Source: Oscillospiraceae bacterium (lineage in GTDB: Bacteria; Bacillota; Clostridia; Oscillospirales; WRJC01). From it: a DNA stretch of 62,691 nt. Position 1 is the first letter of the stretch. Each line of letters opens with the position of its first letter. The position numbers and the translations under genes were made by a program. A model generated the notes under the pieces. The model did not search any database and was not told the DNA's origin. It saw only the letters and a list, made by a program, of their open reading frames with translations. Where the stretch lies: the NCBI GenBank assembly GCA_009780985.1, contig WQYZ01000002.1, positions 1 to 62,691 on the forward strand, in the 5' to 3' direction. Of this stretch, positions 50,279-59,946 are shown in pieces.

Positions 50279-51466
50279 TTAATTTATTGCTGTGTGCTTG
50301 CGTAATTCATTCCTTATTTCTTCAAGCTCCGAAGCGGGTAGAACCGAATCAAGCCTGCGGCTTTTTTCAAGCAAATACTCCGTCATGGTATATGAGCGCG
50401 CAATCGTAATAACCGGGAACTTAATGCCTTTGAACAGCAGATTAGTATACTCCTCCCTTGAGTCATCGTTGACTGGGAGTATAGAATCATGCAGGACGGC
50501 GTATTTAGCGGCAAGTTTAAAATGATTCAGTGCGGCGGCGGCATCATTTTTCTGAGCGTAAAGGAACGTAAGGTTTTGGTGGGCTTCAAAAAGCCGATAA
50601 TTAAAATCACCTAAACTGCCTTTTTCTGTAAGAATATTTATTATATCAATAATTTTGTGATGCAACTCTATAAGCTCATCAGAATTGTACGGCTCTGTTC
50701 CGTCGTCAAGGGTGGTGTACATTAAGCCGTCAATGTAGTTCAGAGCAGAAAGTATGTCAGTCAAAATCTCATTCTGTAGGTGGTTATATCTTTCCGTACC
50801 CATAAGTGTTTGGGTAATTAAATTATTTCTTGAAAAAATTTTAGACGGCATTTTTTCCGCAAAAGATTTGGCTTTTTCTAATTCGCCCATAGAGGCGTAT
50901 GTACCGCACAGATGTTGTATTGCCAAATGCCTGAGTATATCATCCGTACACTCAGCAAGAATTCTTTCGCTGAGTGTAATAACCTCTTCCCGAACTATTT
51001 TACCTTCTTCCAGAAGTACTTTACTCCCTAAAGGAAATATTTTTCCCTCTTTTTCAATTATTTTTTTTTCTTCATCATTAAAATCTCTGTAGTAGTGACT
51101 TTCATTTGAAGAAAGGGCTGACACAAGGCTATACATTAGAATGTGGCTGTTTGGATATTCTTTCAATCCGGCGCGAAGCAATTTTTCGGCTTCATCGTAC
51201 TGCTTATTAGATAAATAGTTACTTGCCTCTTTTCTGATTGTGTCTATCCGTTTTTCTTTAGCGTCAATGTCAACGCCGAGAAGCATATCAGTTGTTACGT
51301 CAAACATATTCGCGAGTATGGGTATCATCGTTATATCGGGAAGCGTTAGATTAGTTTCCCATTTTGAAACGGACTGCGGGGATATATTCAGGTATTCGGC
51401 AAGCTGTTCCTGCGTCATGTCTTTTTGTTTGCGTATTCTTTTTAAAGTTTCACCAAAATCTTTCAT
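50279..51466 (-). CDS. XRE-family HTH plus TPR-like repeat protein (paralog of 10739-11851)
   Basis: IRKQKDMTQEQLAEYLNISPQSVSKWE HTH followed by helical repeats. Confidence 0.85.
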   Translation of the reverse strand: MKDFGETLKRIRKQKDMTQEQLAEYLNISPQSVSKWETNLTLPDITMIPILANMFDVTTDMLLGVDIDAKEKRIDTIRKEASNYLSNKQYDEAEKLLRAGLKEYPNSHILMYSLVSALSSNESHYYRDFNDEEKKIIEKEGKIFPLGSKVLLEEGKIVREEVITLSERILAECTDDILRHLAIQHLCGTYASMGELEKAKSFAEKMPSKIFSRNNLITQTLMGTERYNHLQNEILTDILSALNYIDGLMYTTLDDGTEPYNSDELIELHHKIIDIINILTEKGSLGDFNYRLFEAHQNLTFLYAQKNDAAAALNHFKLAAKYAVLHDSILPVNDDSREEYTNLLFKGIKFPVITIARSYTMTEYLLEKSRRLDSVLPASELEEIRNELRKHTAIN

Positions 51467-51618
51467 ATCAATTTCTCCTGTTATAATTATTTTAAATATT
51501 CAAAAACGTTTTTGTAATTACATTATAACAGAGATTTTTTGTAAAAACAATATATCGTTAGGTGATATTAATTCGCCCGTGGGGTGTTTTCTCGAGCAGA
51601 TTTAATATTTATAGAACT

Positions 51619-52692
51619 TTACAAATTCTTTTCAAAGAACGGATAAACATCGGTTCCGTTCCATTTGTGACCGTCGTCGAAAGTTGTATGTTTGACTTTG
51701 TCGCCGCTATTGCATACATCATACGCTTTTTTCGCTATGTCAAGCTGCGCCGTGACGTTCGCAACGCCCGACGCGCCGTTTAAACCATCTTTTGTGCCTG
51801 TTTCGATAATAAGCGCGCGAGGGGCTATCAGCGACGCTATATCGCCCATGTCAAAATGCGTCCATAAATCCGGCACATAATTGCAGTCGCAGTTATCGTT
51901 CATCACAAGTAGCGATTCCAATGCGCCGTAAAAATATCCGCTTGTGCACGTGCATTTTATTCTCTCGTCCACAGCCGCGAGATACAGCGACTGCAAACCT
52001 CCGCCGGATAATCCCGCCGCGCCGATACGGCTGACGTCGCAGTCGGGACGTGTATGTATGTAGTCGATAAGTTTAGTCAAATCCCATACGCTCATGCCGA
52101 TAGCGCACCTGCCCAACGGTATACCCATATAATTTATGGCTTTGCAGGTACATCTCCATCTGCCGTCTTCCTGCGCATTATATTCCGCGCGTTCTCCGAA
52201 CCCCCTCGCGTCGGGGCAGAATACTATATATCCCATTTCCGCAAATTTTACGCCGTATGTTATATTAAATTCCGTCATATCGTCAACAACTCCGGGATGT
52301 TCGGTAACGCCCGCGACGCTGTCTTTGAAATTTTTAAAGTGCCCTTGCGCAGCTATAATTACCGGACGCTTTTCGCCGGGTTTAATATCGTTCGGGAGCA
52401 GAAGATACGACGGCACATACACCATTTCTTCAGTTTGTAGCAGATATTTTACTCTGGTATATTTATCAAGTTCGACGCGTTCAAGCTCTACATACTCGTT
52501 TTTGCACGGTTCAAACGTGTCAAAACCCAATAACTGCGAAAAAAGTTTTCTGTTTTCTTTCTGCCATGACTTCAATTCGCTTTCGGTATTACCTGTAAAT
52601 CTGTTTTTACAGCCTTTTCTGAATAACGCTTTCATTTGTTCTATGCTTGTATAAAAAGTTTCGCCCTTTGAATTTTGATTCGCGTAATACAT
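51619..52692 (-). CDS. Alpha/beta hydrolase (acetyl-xylan-esterase/dienelactone-hydrolase-like)
   Basis: GLSGGG nucleophile elbow and a C-terminal DDGH context. Confidence 0.78.
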   Translation of the reverse strand: MYYANQNSKGETFYTSIEQMKALFRKGCKNRFTGNTESELKSWQKENRKLFSQLLGFDTFEPCKNEYVELERVELDKYTRVKYLLQTEEMVYVPSYLLLPNDIKPGEKRPVIIAAQGHFKNFKDSVAGVTEHPGVVDDMTEFNITYGVKFAEMGYIVFCPDARGFGERAEYNAQEDGRWRCTCKAINYMGIPLGRCAIGMSVWDLTKLIDYIHTRPDCDVSRIGAAGLSGGGLQSLYLAAVDERIKCTCTSGYFYGALESLLVMNDNCDCNYVPDLWTHFDMGDIASLIAPRALIIETGTKDGLNGASGVANVTAQLDIAKKAYDVCNSGDKVKHTTFDDGHKWNGTDVYPFFEKNL

Positions 52693-52731
52693 ATTTCTAA
52701 ATCTCCGTTAATTATATTTGATATGTTTGGA

Positions 52732-52811
52732 AATCCGTAGGGGCGCGCATTGCGTGTCCGTGTCGTAAATGAGACTCAATCACGGACGCGCAATGCGCGC
52801 CCCTACGGATT
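52732..52811. repeat. REP-like inverted doublet (31-bp stem)
   Basis: AATCCGTAGGGGCGCGCATTGCGTGTCCGTG pairs with CACGGACGCGCAATGCGCGCCCCTACGGATT: 30 Watson-Crick pairs plus one G-T, with an 18-nt loop. Confidence 0.85.
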
Positions 52812-52821
52812 ATTATAATTT

Positions 52822-53523
52822 CTATTTCAATCCCGATGTTTCCACCGTATCGTCAAATTCGCGACCTCCCGTTTCATATAAACCGCGTCTTGCGATTTTG
52901 TCGTTTTTCATCTCCTGATACGCATATTTGTAAACGTCGTAGATAAGTTTGTTCGGCACAACGATTACGCCGTCGCCGTCCGCGACGACTAAATCGTCGG
53001 GATATATCGCGACGCCGCCTATTGCTATGGGTATGTTTTTCTCATAATAGCGTATGCGCGCCTGATCCATAGGCTGTGACACATGCTTTGAAAATACAGG
53101 AACTTTCTCAAGTATAACTTCGTCAGTGTCCCTGATTCCGCCGCCGTTCAGAAGAAACCCTACCGCGCCTTTGTTCATATGGCTTAAAGTGTTGTTCGAC
53201 CCCAACAATCCAACGTCAAGACCGCATATATCCAGACAGACAAAATCTCCCGGGACAATATCCTCTCCCCATTTGTCAGTGCAAATATTGCCGTAATACC
53301 AGCCGACCCATTTGGTATATTCTTCGCCCGTAACCATCGGGACAGGTCCCTCATAAGGCAGATAACGCGCCGTGCGCGCAAATCCTATAGCGCGGGTTCT
53401 CCAGAGCGGCTTTATGCTGTGATGCACCGTACCGTAATGATGATAGCCGCACCAATCCATGCCGTCACGGACGTCTGTCACGCGAAAATCCTTGTACATT
53501 TCTAAAATTTCTTGTTTGTTCAT
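52822..53523 (-). CDS. RraA-family protein (RraA / HMG-aldolase-like fold)
   Basis: GAVGFLLNGGIRDTDE and VVADGDGVIVVP patterns. Confidence 0.78.
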   Translation of the reverse strand: MNKQEILEMYKDFRVTDVRDGMDWCGYHHYGTVHHSIKPLWRTRAIGFARTARYLPYEGPVPMVTGEEYTKWVGWYYGNICTDKWGEDIVPGDFVCLDICGLDVGLLGSNNTLSHMNKGAVGFLLNGGGIRDTDEVILEKVPVFSKHVSQPMDQARIRYYEKNIPIAIGGVAIYPDDLVVADGDGVIVVPNKLIYDVYKYAYQEMKNDKIARRGLYETGGREFDDTVETSGLK

Positions 53524-53570
53524 AAAAAATCTCCTTCTAAAATTTCTTTAATATTAAAGTTGATAACAAA

Positions 53571-53996
53571 TCAAAAATGTTTATTGATTATATTATCAAT
53601 CACTTTTATTTTAATATCTTTTTGTTTATACGCTTTAAATCCGAATATTACAAAAATTATTATCTGCAGAATATATACGACTTGATTGATAATTCCGGGC
53701 AATGACTGCGATAAAAAATAATAAAGGTTAAAATCATAGTTTGAACTTTTGCTGAAAATTATACTTACCGCATATGGTATCCCCAATGTCAAATGAGTTA
53801 TTAACTGTACAATTATTGTGAAAAATATTGAAAGTATTAACACTTTAACTGCCGTTTTTTTCAGCCATACATTTGTTTCAAAAAATAAAATATATCCGGT
53901 TATAAGCGCGACAATAAATATATTGTCCGCCGCGCAGATAAAATAAAGTATTGCGGCGAATAAACCTATTGAAATTCCCAATCTGCTCTTTTCCAT
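53571..53996 (-). CDS. Hypothetical membrane protein (about 4 TM helices)
   Basis: Hydrophobic 141-aa ORF. Confidence 0.7.
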   Translation of the reverse strand: MEKSRLGISIGLFAAILYFICAADNIFIVALITGYILFFETNVWLKKTAVKVLILSIFFTIIVQLITHLTLGIPYAVSIIFSKSSNYDFNLYYFLSQSLPGIINQVVYILQIIIFVIFGFKAYKQKDIKIKVIDNIINKHF

Positions 53997-54017
53997 AATA
54001 AATCCCCCATTAAAACC

Positions 54018-54458
54018 CTATATAGAATTTATATCCGTCAGTTTCAGAATCTTATCTTCAGTTCTGATTCTGTAAAAATCGAAGCCGTCCAGTTCGCCGA
54101 TAACAACTTCTGCCAGATACAAAACCCTGCACCCGTGTTCCAAATGACCGGCATACGCGTGTTCACGATCGCCCACAGTCATATGCAGATGAGGCGAACC
54201 GTCTGCGATAACGCCGTCTATCGAAGTGATTTCAAGCGGTTTATCCTCCCATTTTACAAATTCGTCAACCGGAGGCAGAGTCGTCGTCCCAACCATGTGC
54301 ATAACGCAGTAGTCAAGCGTGCCTATCGCGGAAACAACGGCGGCGTTGCGTATGTTTTTGCTTGCGATAAAATTCTCTATGCTCTCCAGAAGATATTCTC
54401 CCCTGTCAATCCGCAGGACATGAACTTTCCCGAATGCACTACCCGTAAATATTTGCAT
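54018..54458 (-). CDS. PPC (DUF296) domain protein
   Basis: GSPHLHMTVGDREHAYAGHLEHG pattern. Confidence 0.8.
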   Translation of the reverse strand: MQIFTGSAFGKVHVLRIDRGEYLLESIENFIASKNIRNAAVVSAIGTLDYCVMHMVGTTTLPPVDEFVKWEDKPLEITSIDGVIADGSPHLHMTVGDREHAYAGHLEHGCRVLYLAEVVIGELDGFDFYRIRTEDKILKLTDINSI

Positions 54459-54481
54459 AATTTATATTTCACCCCGCAATT

Positions 54482-55606
54482 TTATATATTATACATTATA
54501 TCATAAAATTCTTTCATCTTCTCTAAACGGTTTTTGAAAGCGTCATATAACCCGTCGGCATTTTCGCGCATTGTGCGTTTGGTATTTGTGAACGGGTTTA
54601 TTTTTGTCGCCGAATCCACCTGCTCAATCCATTTCGCAGGCACAGAATCCGCTCCGGTAAGCGCGCCTGATAAACCCGCCGCAATCGCCGTGACGCAGTC
54701 CGTATCGCGACCGAGATTTACGCCGGAAATTATCGCCTGTTTTACGTCGCCGTTTACCAATTTGAATATACATACGGCTTTTGTGACGACTTCGTTTGCG
54801 TAACTCATACAGTACGGCATACCCACTCCGTTATATACAGAATCGAACGCTTTGCGCAAATCCCTGAAATCTTTGCATTTTGCCGTGAGTTTAAGCCCTG
54901 CGTCTATTTCGTCCGCGATATTAACTCCCGCATAGTCTGCGTACCAGTTTTCACGCCCGTCCACAACAGAACGTCGGTCGCAGTATTTGTATATATCGGC
55001 AATCACGCTGTCTACTGTCGAATTAGGTTTCGTTGCGGACGCGATTCCCGCCGCTGTGACGCACGCCCACTGCAAACCTCTGCTGTTGGACGTCTGATAT
55101 AACTGTCCCACTTCAAATATATCGTCAACTGCGGACGCTGGGTCGCCGGCGTTGATTAATCCTATCGGGTGACAAGCGCGGGCAAAACTGTTAAGACCTG
55201 CATAATCACAGTATTTACCTATATCCCTCGCGGGGATTTTCGATTTTGCAATAGCGAGCAGTTCCCCCTCGAACGGTTCGGAAACGTTGCCCGGAGCTTT
55301 CGGATTTATTTCCGTGCGCCATACGGCTCTGACGTCTTCGGCGTTTATTCTGCCGCCTTTACGCATAATTGCCGTAATCATCAATTTTTGACGTTCTATG
55401 CCGTCTTCTGTCGTTCCGGCGTCGCGTACCCAGCCGTTGTTGTAATGCTCATACGGAAGAAGCTCATCAAGCGTTCCGTACTTGTTTTCCACAGATTCAT
55501 AAGACCAGCCTTCTACAACCGCCCCCATTGACGAGCCTATATGCGCTCCGCATATACAGCCGTAAAACTTTTCGCGCAACACAATATCCGTTGATATGTC
55601 TGACAT
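54482..55606 (-). CDS. ADP-ribosylglycohydrolase family protein
   Basis: N-terminal GAHIGSSMGAVVEG and C-terminal GRDTDCVTAIAAGLSGAL. Confidence 0.88.
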   Translation of the reverse strand: MSDISTDIVLREKFYGCICGAHIGSSMGAVVEGWSYESVENKYGTLDELLPYEHYNNGWVRDAGTTEDGIERQKLMITAIMRKGGRINAEDVRAVWRTEINPKAPGNVSEPFEGELLAIAKSKIPARDIGKYCDYAGLNSFARACHPIGLINAGDPASAVDDIFEVGQLYQTSNSRGLQWACVTAAGIASATKPNSTVDSVIADIYKYCDRRSVVDGRENWYADYAGVNIADEIDAGLKLTAKCKDFRDLRKAFDSVYNGVGMPYCMSYANEVVTKAVCIFKLVNGDVKQAIISGVNLGRDTDCVTAIAAGLSGALTGADSVPAKWIEQVDSATKINPFTNTKRTMRENADGLYDAFKNRLEKMKEFYDIMYNI

Positions 55607-55712
55607 AATTTTATCCCCAACTTTCCTTAATTTAAATTTTGATTTACATAAATAAATTCTATGCTTTTCTTTTAACTTTGAAAATAAATATAGCGATTAC
55701 CGAAGAAAATAC

Positions 55713-56480
55713 TTACTTTGTCGTTTTGAATATCAATTCTAACATATAATCGACAAATTGGATTTGTTGGGTTTCATCATTGGAAAACGCCGAGCCTTTG
55801 ACATAGTTGTTTAACATTGCTGAAATAAGATTATGATATTTTTCGGGAAGGTTTGCCAGCCCCCATTTCCCGCCCTGTTCCTTAGATAAAACCAACCCGT
55901 CTTTTATGTACGCATAAACACGGCATGAATTCAAGATGATATATACAGGGTCAAAAGCGATGTCTTCCTTAGTGCTTGAGCCTACTACATCTTTGCAAAT
56001 GCTGTCTAAATAAGCCTCGTGCGGCACAACGCCAAAAACATTTTCTATTTGTACGCCGCATATCACAATTCCGACACTTTTTATGACCGTAAAATCAGCG
56101 GCTAAACCCTCATCGGTTCGGTCGTCATCGTATAACGAAAGCTGTTTTTTCAAATACCATTCATTCCAACAACTTTGAAAATGCAGTTCACACGGAGTCG
56201 GATAAACAAATGCTTTACAATATTTTTCAAGCACTATGCTCATCTCAAACCCTCTGCGCGGAGCTTGCTCTCCGAGGTCTTTTAACACTTGCAAAAGTTG
56301 TAGTTTTGTTTGCTGCGGTATGGGTTCATTTATTACTACAATAAAATCAATGTCGCTCTTATCCCAATTAAAGCAACCAAATGCAATAGACCCATGCACA
56401 TATATCCCAACTAAATTTTTGTCTAATAATTTATTATACTTTTCAGATATAATTTCCAATAATTCACTAAAATCCTTCAT
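55713..56480 (-). CDS. Nucleotidyltransferase with a DUF4111-like C-terminus (ANT(3'')/ANT(9)-like architecture)
   Basis: VGIYVHGSIAFGCFNWDKSDIDFIVV (GS..DxD). The overall length matches aminoglycoside adenylyltransferase-like proteins. The substrate is unknown. Confidence 0.72.
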   Translation of the reverse strand: MKDFSELLEIISEKYNKLLDKNLVGIYVHGSIAFGCFNWDKSDIDFIVVINEPIPQQTKLQLLQVLKDLGEQAPRRGFEMSIVLEKYCKAFVYPTPCELHFQSCWNEWYLKKQLSLYDDDRTDEGLAADFTVIKSVGIVICGVQIENVFGVVPHEAYLDSICKDVVGSSTKEDIAFDPVYIILNSCRVYAYIKDGLVLSKEQGGKWGLANLPEKYHNLISAMLNNYVKGSAFSNDETQQIQFVDYMLELIFKTTK

Positions 56481-56550
56481 ACAATTTCTCCTGTTTATTT
56501 ATATTAGATAACCGATAATATAAATAACCTACATTTTTAACTATATCTTT

Positions 56551-57351
56551 CTATAAATTTTTCATATATTCAATAAACTGCGGCAGTGCGATTTCCGGTT
56601 CTTCTATATCGGGATGCCACCGCTTTTCCCATTCAAAACTGATATAACCCTGATAATCTATACTGCGCAGAGCTTCAAGACATTCTTTTACCGGCACTTC
56701 TCCCTCTCCCATAAGGCACAGCTTAGTTTTGCCGTCTTTATCTTTGTATAAATCTTTCATATGTATATGGGCGCATTTAGTCCCGACCGCGTCAAAAAAG
56801 CCTTTGACTGATTCGCCGCGCTCATAATTATTGCCCACGTCCCATAAAACAGCCGCTCCTTTTGACGTGATTTTGCTGAAAGCAAGTTTCATAAGTTCGC
56901 CGCCGCACCATGCGTCGTGAGTTTCAAACGCGACTTTTATACCCAGTAAATCGGCAAAATCGGCGCAGTAATTCAGATACGGCGCGGCGTAGTCTATAAC
57001 CTGTTCGTTTGTCAGATTGGGATTTTCACCCAGAAATGACCGAACTACGGGAACGTTCAGATCGCGGGCGAGAATTATGTCGTCAATAAGAATTTGTCTG
57101 TTTTGTTCAAGATTTTTTTCATCTGAGGAGGCGAACTGGCTGTAAGCGCAAATCCCGCATATTTCTATCCCATGCTTTGCAAATACATCTCTGACATATT
57201 TGCGGTGGGAGAGCGGCGGATTGGGATACAGGCACGTACTGTCACTGTGAGAGCGCAGTTCTATGCCGTCATACCCGTATTCTGCCGCTTTTGCGGCAAT
57301 TTCTTCAAGATTCCAGTTAGGACACGCAAGGTTTGTGAAAGAAAATTTCAT
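56551..57351 (-). CDS. Sugar phosphate isomerase/epimerase (xylose-isomerase-like TIM barrel)
   Basis: Pattern GYDGIELR...AFETH...HIHMKD...FEWE. Confidence 0.86.
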   Translation of the reverse strand: MKFSFTNLACPNWNLEEIAAKAAEYGYDGIELRSHSDSTCLYPNPPLSHRKYVRDVFAKHGIEICGICAYSQFASSDEKNLEQNRQILIDDIILARDLNVPVVRSFLGENPNLTNEQVIDYAAPYLNYCADFADLLGIKVAFETHDAWCGGELMKLAFSKITSKGAAVLWDVGNNYERGESVKGFFDAVGTKCAHIHMKDLYKDKDGKTKLCLMGEGEVPVKECLEALRSIDYQGYISFEWEKRWHPDIEEPEIALPQFIEYMKNL

Positions 57352-57522
57352 AAATAAATCACCTTTTTCGTTTTATTAATTTTGTTATTGGGTTAATGCA
57401 GAAAATACTTATTAGCGGTATCTGTTTATCGTTTCATCGCTCCATACCTGCGCTTCAATATAAGTATGGTTTGTCCAAAAAGACATATATTCGGTGCGTA
57501 TCGGTGGCATGCCCTGCTTTTT

Positions 57523-58002
57523 TTAAATATCTATGATTTCATCATAAGTGTATAAATTGTACTCCGGTTCTTCCTCAGTCCATGGCTTAAACGTGGGGAA
57601 TGAGTCGCCGTATGTGAATGAAAGCGTGCTTTTATCAAATTCGTCGATGGGAATTTTTATCACGCCGCAATCAATAAACCACTCATAACATTCTTCCAAC
57701 TCATTTTCTGATAATATCCCATAGTAAGGAACTTGCCGTTGTGGTTTACCGCCCTTTCTGATAAACATGGAGTAAGCGCGTTTCTCTACAATCCGGCGGA
57801 CAAATATATATTTTCCATTAGCAAGACGCTTAGAATAACGTTTTGCATATACTTCACTTTTGGCGGCTAAATCAATTTGAACTTGTATTGCTTCGTCATC
57901 GTTTAAGTCTGATAAATTCACAAAAGGTCCGTGTTCTTTTTCAAAATAATGATATAGGTAGTACATCTTTCCCTCCCATACAAAAGTATAAATTTTCCAC
58001 AC
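57523..58002 (-). CDS. Hypothetical protein
   Basis: ORF of 159 aa. The start is likely MYYLYHYF at 57966. No motif recognised. Confidence 0.65.
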   Translation of the reverse strand: MWKIYTFVWEGKMYYLYHYFEKEHGPFVNLSDLNDDEAIQVQIDLAAKSEVYAKRYSKRLANGKYIFVRRIVEKRAYSMFIRKGGKPQRQVPYYGILSENELEECYEWFIDCGVIKIPIDEFDKSTLSFTYGDSFPTFKPWTEEEPEYNLYTYDEIIDI

Positions 58003-58057
58003 GTTTCAATACTTTGTTCAATTCACCTTGCATATCTATAATAGCAAATTAGAAATA

Positions 58058-58393
58058 TTAAATATATTTACTATAATCCATACTTCCATGAAAAACCCGC
58101 ATCACATTTACGATTTTATTTTTCTTGTCGATTGTATATAAGATAACATACTTTTTCACAGTTGCCCGCCTGTACCCCCGGCTGGCAAGCGCCGAATCAA
58201 GCGATAGACTAAACCGCTCCGGCATTTCATTCAGAGATAATATCATATCCTGAATTTCGCGCATAAGTTTAGCCGCACTTTGCTCGGCGTATAAAGTATT
58301 GGCAATATATGAAAAAATTTCATCTAAATCGTTGTTAGCCGCAAGCGAAATATTTACTGTATATTTAATTTCTTTGAAATTATTAATAGCCAT
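58058..58393 (-). CDS. RelE/ParE family type II toxin
   Basis: 111 aa with a ParE-like pattern (..DLDEIFSYI...RFSL...YVILY...V.VMRVFHG). Overlaps the antitoxin gene by 11 nt. Confidence 0.85.
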   Translation of the reverse strand: MAINNFKEIKYTVNISLAANNDLDEIFSYIANTLYAEQSAAKLMREIQDMILSLNEMPERFSLSLDSALASRGYRRATVKKYVILYTIDKKNKIVNVMRVFHGSMDYSKYI

Positions 58394-58643
58394 ATTTTTT
58401 CCTCAACGCGTCAAATGCAGTTTCGGCATTAACCGCTTCGCCGTTCGCAATCTGATTTTCGGCAACTATTAATTTACGGTACACCTCAACCAAAGCAAAA
58501 TCACGCTCATAGGCTTCAATACTCATCACAACCATATCGCCGTGTCCGTTTTTGGTGATAAAGATAGGCTCGTTTAATTTGCGGCAGGTATCGGAAATTT
58601 CGTTTGTATCACGTAAAACCGTGATAGGCATAATTTTAGGCAT
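58383..58643 (-). CDS. Phd/YefM family antitoxin
   Basis: ITVLRDT..EPIFITKNGHGDMVVMSIEAYE. Confidence 0.88.
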   Translation of the reverse strand: MPKIMPITVLRDTNEISDTCRKLNEPIFITKNGHGDMVVMSIEAYERDFALVEVYRKLIVAENQIANGEAVNAETAFDALRKKYGY

Positions 58644-58713
58644 ATAATCAACTCCTTTATGTCATAATAATATCATAATTATGACAGAATGTCAATAGAA
58701 ACTTTCTTATTTT

Positions 58714-59316
58714 CTAAAATTTACTCTCATAAAGCGGCTTATATATAATTTTTGTATATCGTCTTTCCCCGCCGGAATCTTTCACGACTGTAACGTCCTG
58801 TATGCTTTCCATAAGGGTTATAGCATTTATATTAAAATTAATCGGCGGGAATTTTATCTGATTTATATCTTTGCTGGAAATGCGCCAAAATTCGACTTTT
58901 CGCGCGATTGTCACATGCGGCGAAAATTTATTGTGTTCTTCTTTAACATTAATTCCGCAGTTTGACAATTCGCCGAGAAGCGTTTTATTGATATTGCCCA
59001 GTATATTTTCCGGATTTGTTTTTACTCCCGCCCATAATAATTCCTCGCCCGGACGCGCAAAAGTCCCAAGTCCGTCTATCGTGCCCTTTATAGGCAATAT
59101 TTTAGACAAATCCAGTTTTTTAACAGTTTCGGCGGCGGCTTTTCTCAGCGAATCAAGTTCGCTTACCTCACATTCCCCGACAAAAACCAAGGTTATATGA
59201 AAGTTGTCTCTCGCTGTGAAACTTCCTCTTAAAGTATGTTTCCGTATCTCTTCAAGACTGTCAGTCAGAGCCTGTTTAACGTAATCCGCAAATTTTACGG
59301 CATAAAATACCCGCAT
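58714..59316 (-). CDS. thpR: RNA 2',3'-cyclic phosphodiesterase (2H family, ThpR/LigT)
   Basis: Two H-x-T motifs: HITLVF and HVTIAR. Confidence 0.88.
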   Translation of the reverse strand: MRVFYAVKFADYVKQALTDSLEEIRKHTLRGSFTARDNFHITLVFVGECEVSELDSLRKAAAETVKKLDLSKILPIKGTIDGLGTFARPGEELLWAGVKTNPENILGNINKTLLGELSNCGINVKEEHNKFSPHVTIARKVEFWRISSKDINQIKFPPINFNINAITLMESIQDVTVVKDSGGERRYTKIIYKPLYESKF

Positions 59317-59405
59317 AATTTTATCATCTCCTGTGACTTTATTTTATAATTTTAAACAAAATTTTAAATATTCTTGATTATTTTATGTAATTTATAAAAA
59401 ATCTC

Positions 59406-59435
59406 TTGACATTATGTATGCTGTTATGTTATAAT
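59406..59435 (+). promoter_or_regulatory. Promoter of rplU-rpmA
   Basis: TTGACA-18 nt-TATAAT with a TGt extended -10, followed by a leader of about 115 nt. Confidence 0.6.
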
Positions 59436-59556
59436 AATATGCCGCTTATGTATGGCTGTAAAAATTTTGCAAAACAAATTTGCCATAATATTAATTACTA
59501 TTTATTAATTGTTAATTGAGCATAGCGAGTCTATAATTGAAAGTGAGGTGCTTTTC

Positions 59557-59868
59557 GTGTTTGCAGTAGTCCAGATAGGCGGAAAGCAATACAAAGTCCA
59601 GGAAGGCGACATCATCTTCGTCGAAAAATTGACCGCGGCGGAAAATGAATCCGTAACGTTTAACGATGTTTTCGCAGTTTCAAACGCAGACGGATTTGTC
59701 GTCGGAACCCCTACGGTTGCCGGAGCGTCAGTCAGCGCGAATGTGGTTAAACACGGCAAAAACAAAAAAATCTATGTTATGAAATACAAATCCAAAAAGA
59801 ACGAGAAAAAGAAAATCGGTCACAGACAGCCTTATACAAAATTACAGATACAGACAATCACTGTTTAA
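59557..59868 (+). CDS. rplU: 50S ribosomal protein L21
   Basis: (M)FAVVQIGGKQYKVQEGD. GTG start 6 nt after GAGGTG. Confidence 0.93.
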   Translation: MFAVVQIGGKQYKVQEGDIIFVEKLTAAENESVTFNDVFAVSNADGFVVGTPTVAGASVSANVVKHGKNKKIYVMKYKSKKNEKKKIGHRQPYTKLQIQTITV

Positions 59869-59946
59869 AATTATATCACAAATCTAAAAATAATTCAATA
59901 CATTAATAATATTTATTATTTAGCGTTTAGGAGGTGCAATAATTAA

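Noticed and set aside
57412-57510. 32-codon minus-strand ORF (MPPIRTEYMSFWTNHTYIEAQVWSDETINRYR) directly after CDS 57523-58002.
   Set aside because: It has no RBS and no recognisable family. It could be a remnant or chance, and the evidence is insufficient.
59440-59556. Possible ribosomal protein L21 leader structure upstream of rplU.
   Set aside because: Only a weak hairpin (ATGGC...GCCAT) is visible, and the Rfam L21 leader cannot be confirmed by eye.
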